A stretch of DNA of 36,453 bases from Macrostomum lignano (lineage: Eukaryota): the NCBI GenBank assembly GCA_002269645.1, contig NIVC01004742.1, forward strand, positions 1 through 36,453. Direction: 5' to 3'. Both the position numbers and the translations under genes were made by a program. Below the pieces are notes generated by a model, which was given only the letters and a program-made list of their open reading frames with translations, did not search any database and was not told the origin of the DNA. Below, one piece after another: positions 33,023 to 36,453 of this stretch. Position 1 is the stretch's first letter. Each line of letters starts with the position of its first letter.

Positions 33023-34984
33023 TCAAGCTCGTTGCTGAGATTCTACTCCGCCTCCGCCTCCACCGGCACCACCGCCGCTTGCGCCCTGCTGCTGTTGTTG
33101 CTGTTGCTGTTGTTGCTGCTGCTGCTGCAGACGGGCCTGGGCAACTCCGGCTGACTGTTGCGGCTGCTGCGAGTAAAGATGCAGCGACGGGCCAACAAAT
33201 CTATTGGCGGCAGCGGCTGCCATCTGATGATAGTGCTGAGGCGCATAGCTGGCAGCGCTAGCTGGCACTCCGGTAAACTGAGCAGCAGCTTGATAGGCGT
33301 ACATGGCGGCTACTTGCTGCTGCTGCAGCTGGTGATAGACGCTAGCTGTTGGCTGCTGCGGCTGCTGCTGATGCTGCGGAGGCGAAGTAAGATGCTGAGC
33401 AGCGGCGGCAGCGGCGGCAGCAGCAGCAGCTGACTGGCTAGTAGCAACGCTGGCAGCTGGCTGTTGGCCAAGCTGAGAAGGACTACCAGTTGAAAAAAAG
33501 TATCCGGGTGCACCGCCAGTCGGATAGACGGCTGGCAGATTAGCGGCCGCCATAGCCGTTGGATGATAAGCGAACGGGTGAGCAAAATAGAGCCCAGCCG
33601 TGGCAGCGTGAGCCGGAATACTGGCCGGATAATTGCTAGCCACGTGAACCAAGTCCATCTGTTGCTGCTGCTGTTGATGTTGGTTAGCAACAGCGACATT
33701 AGCGGCTGCGGTGGCCGCCGCGGCAGTCGGATTGATACGGACAGGCGCAGGAGCCAAGGCGTAGCGCTGATCGGGATCATAGCGGTAGACGCTAGTACCT
33801 TCCGGGGTCAGCAGCGGACCGCGCAGATCAATAAATACAAAATCGCCGCGGGATAGCTCTGAAACGCGGGCGGGCACTAGGCGATAGACGGAGAGATCGT
33901 CGCGCAGGTACACCTGGGCGTACTGCGGCTGCGGACTTGGAGAAGAGCCGACGTTAACAACACCGACAGCGGTTTCGTCAGAAACGGCGTTAGTTGCCGA
34001 TTGGTCGTTGCGCCTATGGCCGCTATTAATCTTGGCTTGTTGCTGCTGTTGCGATTCGTGGTAGCCGCTGCCTACAATCTCTTTGCGACGCTTGTCGTAA
34101 TCCTGGCGGCGCTCTTCAAATGAGCGCGGCGGCGTGGCCTGCTGCTGCCCGTACGGCGAGCCACCTTTCGGCGTCGAGGGTGGACCTTCGCGGCGAAGGA
34201 TTTTCTTTTCGCCATTGAGCACAGTTGGACTGGCTTCTTTGTTACCGCTATTGCCAGGCGTAGCTGGATGGCCGCCATTCTGGCTGCCGCCGCATAGCTG
34301 ATCGCGCAGCTCGTAGTATCGCGCCAGATCGCTAATCGAGAAATTCCAATTGCGAAAGTGCTCCTTCTGGCGTTCGATCCGAATAGTGGAGCTCTGGTAT
34401 GGCCCCATTATGTTGTGATCTAAGCCATAGAATGCGCAAAGCTTGTGCATTAGCATGCGAATACGCGGCTCCTGGTTACTCCAAAGTGTCTCGTCACCGT
34501 CCTGCGAGCCGTCATCAAGAATTTTGGCCTGATGCTTGAGCCAATAATCCAGCTCAAGCAATATTGCGCGATCCTTTTTCAGATTATCATGCGACAATGT
34601 CTTCTCTAAAAAGCTAGCAATATCGTCGTTCAATGTGTCCCGTACGCCATGTCCGCTCTCTATCTTTAAATAGGCAGACAGTTTTTTAGTTAGCGCTTCC
34701 AGCTCTTCAAGCTGCTCCGGAGTGCCAGTAGGCGTTATTTTAGCTTTAGCTGGCGACTTATTCTCCGATGTCAGGCTGCCATCAGCAGCGCCAGTACCAG
34801 AGGGCGCATTCGATCCAGCGGCAGCGGAGGACGACGGCGGACTGGCGTTGCCAGAAGAGGCGGCGGGCACAGAAGCTGGCTCAATGGCAGAGCTGCCGCC
34901 GCCATTTGTGGCAGCGCTGGGCATTGCAGCTGAAGCTGCCGACTCGTCTGCCTTTTTAACTTTAGCGCCAGAAGCTGACGACAT
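33023..34984 (-). CDS. R3HDM1: R3H- and SUZ-domain RNA-binding protein (R3HDM1/R3HDM2/ARPP21/encore family), 653 aa, single coding exon
   Basis: Uninterrupted ORF. FLEKTL...DRAILLELD pre-R3H helix, R3H motif RMLMHKLCAFYGLDHN, SUZ motifs KILRR and RSFEERRQDYDKRRKEI, then a Q/A/P/Y-rich low-complexity tail. The symbol indicates family only. Confidence 0.88.
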   Translation of the reverse strand: MSSASGAKVKKADESAASAAMPSAATNGGGSSAIEPASVPAASSGNASPPSSSAAAGSNAPSGTGAADGSLTSENKSPAKAKITPTGTPEQLEELEALTKKLSAYLKIESGHGVRDTLNDDIASFLEKTLSHDNLKKDRAILLELDYWLKHQAKILDDGSQDGDETLWSNQEPRIRMLMHKLCAFYGLDHNIMGPYQSSTIRIERQKEHFRNWNFSISDLARYYELRDQLCGGSQNGGHPATPGNSGNKEASPTVLNGEKKILRREGPPSTPKGGSPYGQQQATPPRSFEERRQDYDKRRKEIVGSGYHESQQQQQAKINSGHRRNDQSATNAVSDETAVGVVNVGSSPSPQPQYAQVYLRDDLSVYRLVPARVSELSRGDFVFIDLRGPLLTPEGTSVYRYDPDQRYALAPAPVRINPTAAAATAAANVAVANQHQQQQQQMDLVHVASNYPASIPAHAATAGLYFAHPFAYHPTAMAAANLPAVYPTGGAPGYFFSTGSPSQLGQQPAASVATSQSAAAAAAAAAAAQHLTSPPQHQQQPQQPTASVYHQLQQQQVAAMYAYQAAAQFTGVPASAASYAPQHYHQMAAAAANRFVGPSLHLYSQQPQQSAGVAQARLQQQQQQQQQQQQQQGASGGGAGGGGGGVESQQRA

Positions 34985-35672
34985 TATCTGGCGCTGATGG
35001 CTACTGGCTTTCTTAAATAGTAGGATGAGCTAACTTTCAATCAAATGCCAACACAAACACAAACACTTACAGTAACGCTTTTATACACTTTCTTTAACCT
35101 GCGAATTTTAAAGCCAAAAACTCTTGATCAGCTTTCTTTTCTTTATCCTTTAGCAGCTTTTCTAGTGATGGACTATATTCAGAGAAACAGCAGAACAGCT
35201 AGCAACACGAAGACAAAGGACTCATCAATTAAAATTCAAGTCATCACAGTTCCAAGCATCAATTCACATTTAAAACCACATCTTAGCAGATTTTTTTGCT
35301 CTGCTAGGATGCTAAGTAATATAAAAGTATTCATGCATTATCCAATATTTTTTTCTTAAGTACCAACCCTCAATAAAATTGTTCATCTTATTAATATGCC
35401 ACTATGCTAGGACTAAATACTCAACATAGAAATATTAAGCACTCTAGATGGAATTCAATAGTCATATTGAATCAATATAGTTATACAAATTTATAACCAC
35501 ATGTTGTCATAGGCCACAAGCCTTCAAATATGACTTTAATATGTGCTTTATATGCACAAGAAAAAATATATAAATGTAGGATTGTAAATACACATAACTT
35601 AGCAGATTCTAAGTGTTACACTTGTCCTTGCATATTAGCACTTACAGTAGATTTAGAATTTAAAATAATTTA

Positions 35673-35921
35673 AAATGATATGTCATTCAGCTCACAATGA
35701 CACTAGGAAGCTGGGTTTGGCAAAAAAGTGGCAAAAATTGGACTTAGGAAAGATGAGAACAAGCAAGGGGATAATTATAGAGACTACTTTATGAGCTCAA
35801 GCCTCAAGTTATCATAATAGTACCTAATTATCCCCATGCTTGTTCTCTAAGTCTAATTTTTGTCGCTTTTTTGTCAAACCATGCTTTCTGGTGTCACTGT
35901 AAGCAGAATGACATATCATTT
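35673..35921. repeat. Degenerate long inverted repeat (foldback/MITE-like), arms of about 100 bp
   Basis: 35673-35777 matches the reverse complement of 35825-35921 (AAATGATATGTCATTC...GAGAACAAGCAAGGGGATAATTA) apart from scattered substitutions and one 7-nt indel. Confidence 0.8.
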
Positions 35922-36453
35922 GTGTATATAGGTTACTTGGGCTCCACTTTATGAGCTTAAGTTGACATGCCCTTTATTTTGTCTAGATATTACATTTTGA
36001 AAAAATATTGGCTTGCATTTTATGACAGTTTATTCTAGAACTTATTATTGTTTAAATGTAAAAAATATAATAGTCTTTATTTTTGTAAGTTTCACCATTT
36101 TTAACAAACCATTTCTATGAAAAAGATAATATACAAGACAATCAAAGTTTTGTCATTGTTTAATTTTTTGCACATTGGGCTTCTTTTAAATTGATTTTAA
36201 TTGTTATTATAGACAATGTGATATTATAGACAATCTTTTACTAAAGCATAATTTTTCAGCCACTCTTGCTGGCTTGAGAATCTATAGCATTTTTTACTAC
36301 CCTTGAGTGACTGTCAGTTTCAAGCAAAGCCATATATGCCGTCATAAATTTCTAATACCCATATGACCTATCTGAACCAGATGGGTGAAATGGCTGCCAG
36401 CCAAGGTAAGTTGCAAAATTGAAAATGCAAAAAATGAAAATTTGGGGGAAGAA

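Noticed and set aside
1-36453. tRNA, rRNA or other structured RNA genes
   Set aside because: No cloverleaf, A/B-box pair or rRNA-like sequence recognised by eye; a tRNAscan-SE or Infernal run would be needed to exclude them.

Overview
Eukaryotic (animal) genomic DNA with GC-rich, poly-Ala/Gln-rich exons and a very high density of tandem repeats. This style suggests a Macrostomum-like flatworm, which is inference only. Three genes are recognisable. (1) The large terminal exon of a NET-family zinc-finger gene (Noc/Elbow/TLP-1, ZNF503/703-like; + strand, 2221-3373), broken by two single-base frameshifts at identical ACCCCG sites. (2) A complete 9-exon synaptotagmin-like protein gene (Slp4/5 type; - strand, 14253-24754, about 900 aa) with a Zn-binding Rab-binding domain and two C2 domains. 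(3) An intronless R3H+SUZ protein gene (R3HDM/ARPP21/encore family; - strand, 33023-34984). A fourth, unrecognised multi-exon gene can be parsed on the - strand among the arrays at 3.8-11.1 kb (low confidence). The most striking feature is architectural: every intron of the Slp gene holds its own unrelated minisatellite, while the region around the intronless gene has none. Several non-autonomous DNA transposons are present, one of which carries a 1.3-kb minisatellite. Most ORFs in the supplied track are repeat or antisense artefacts.
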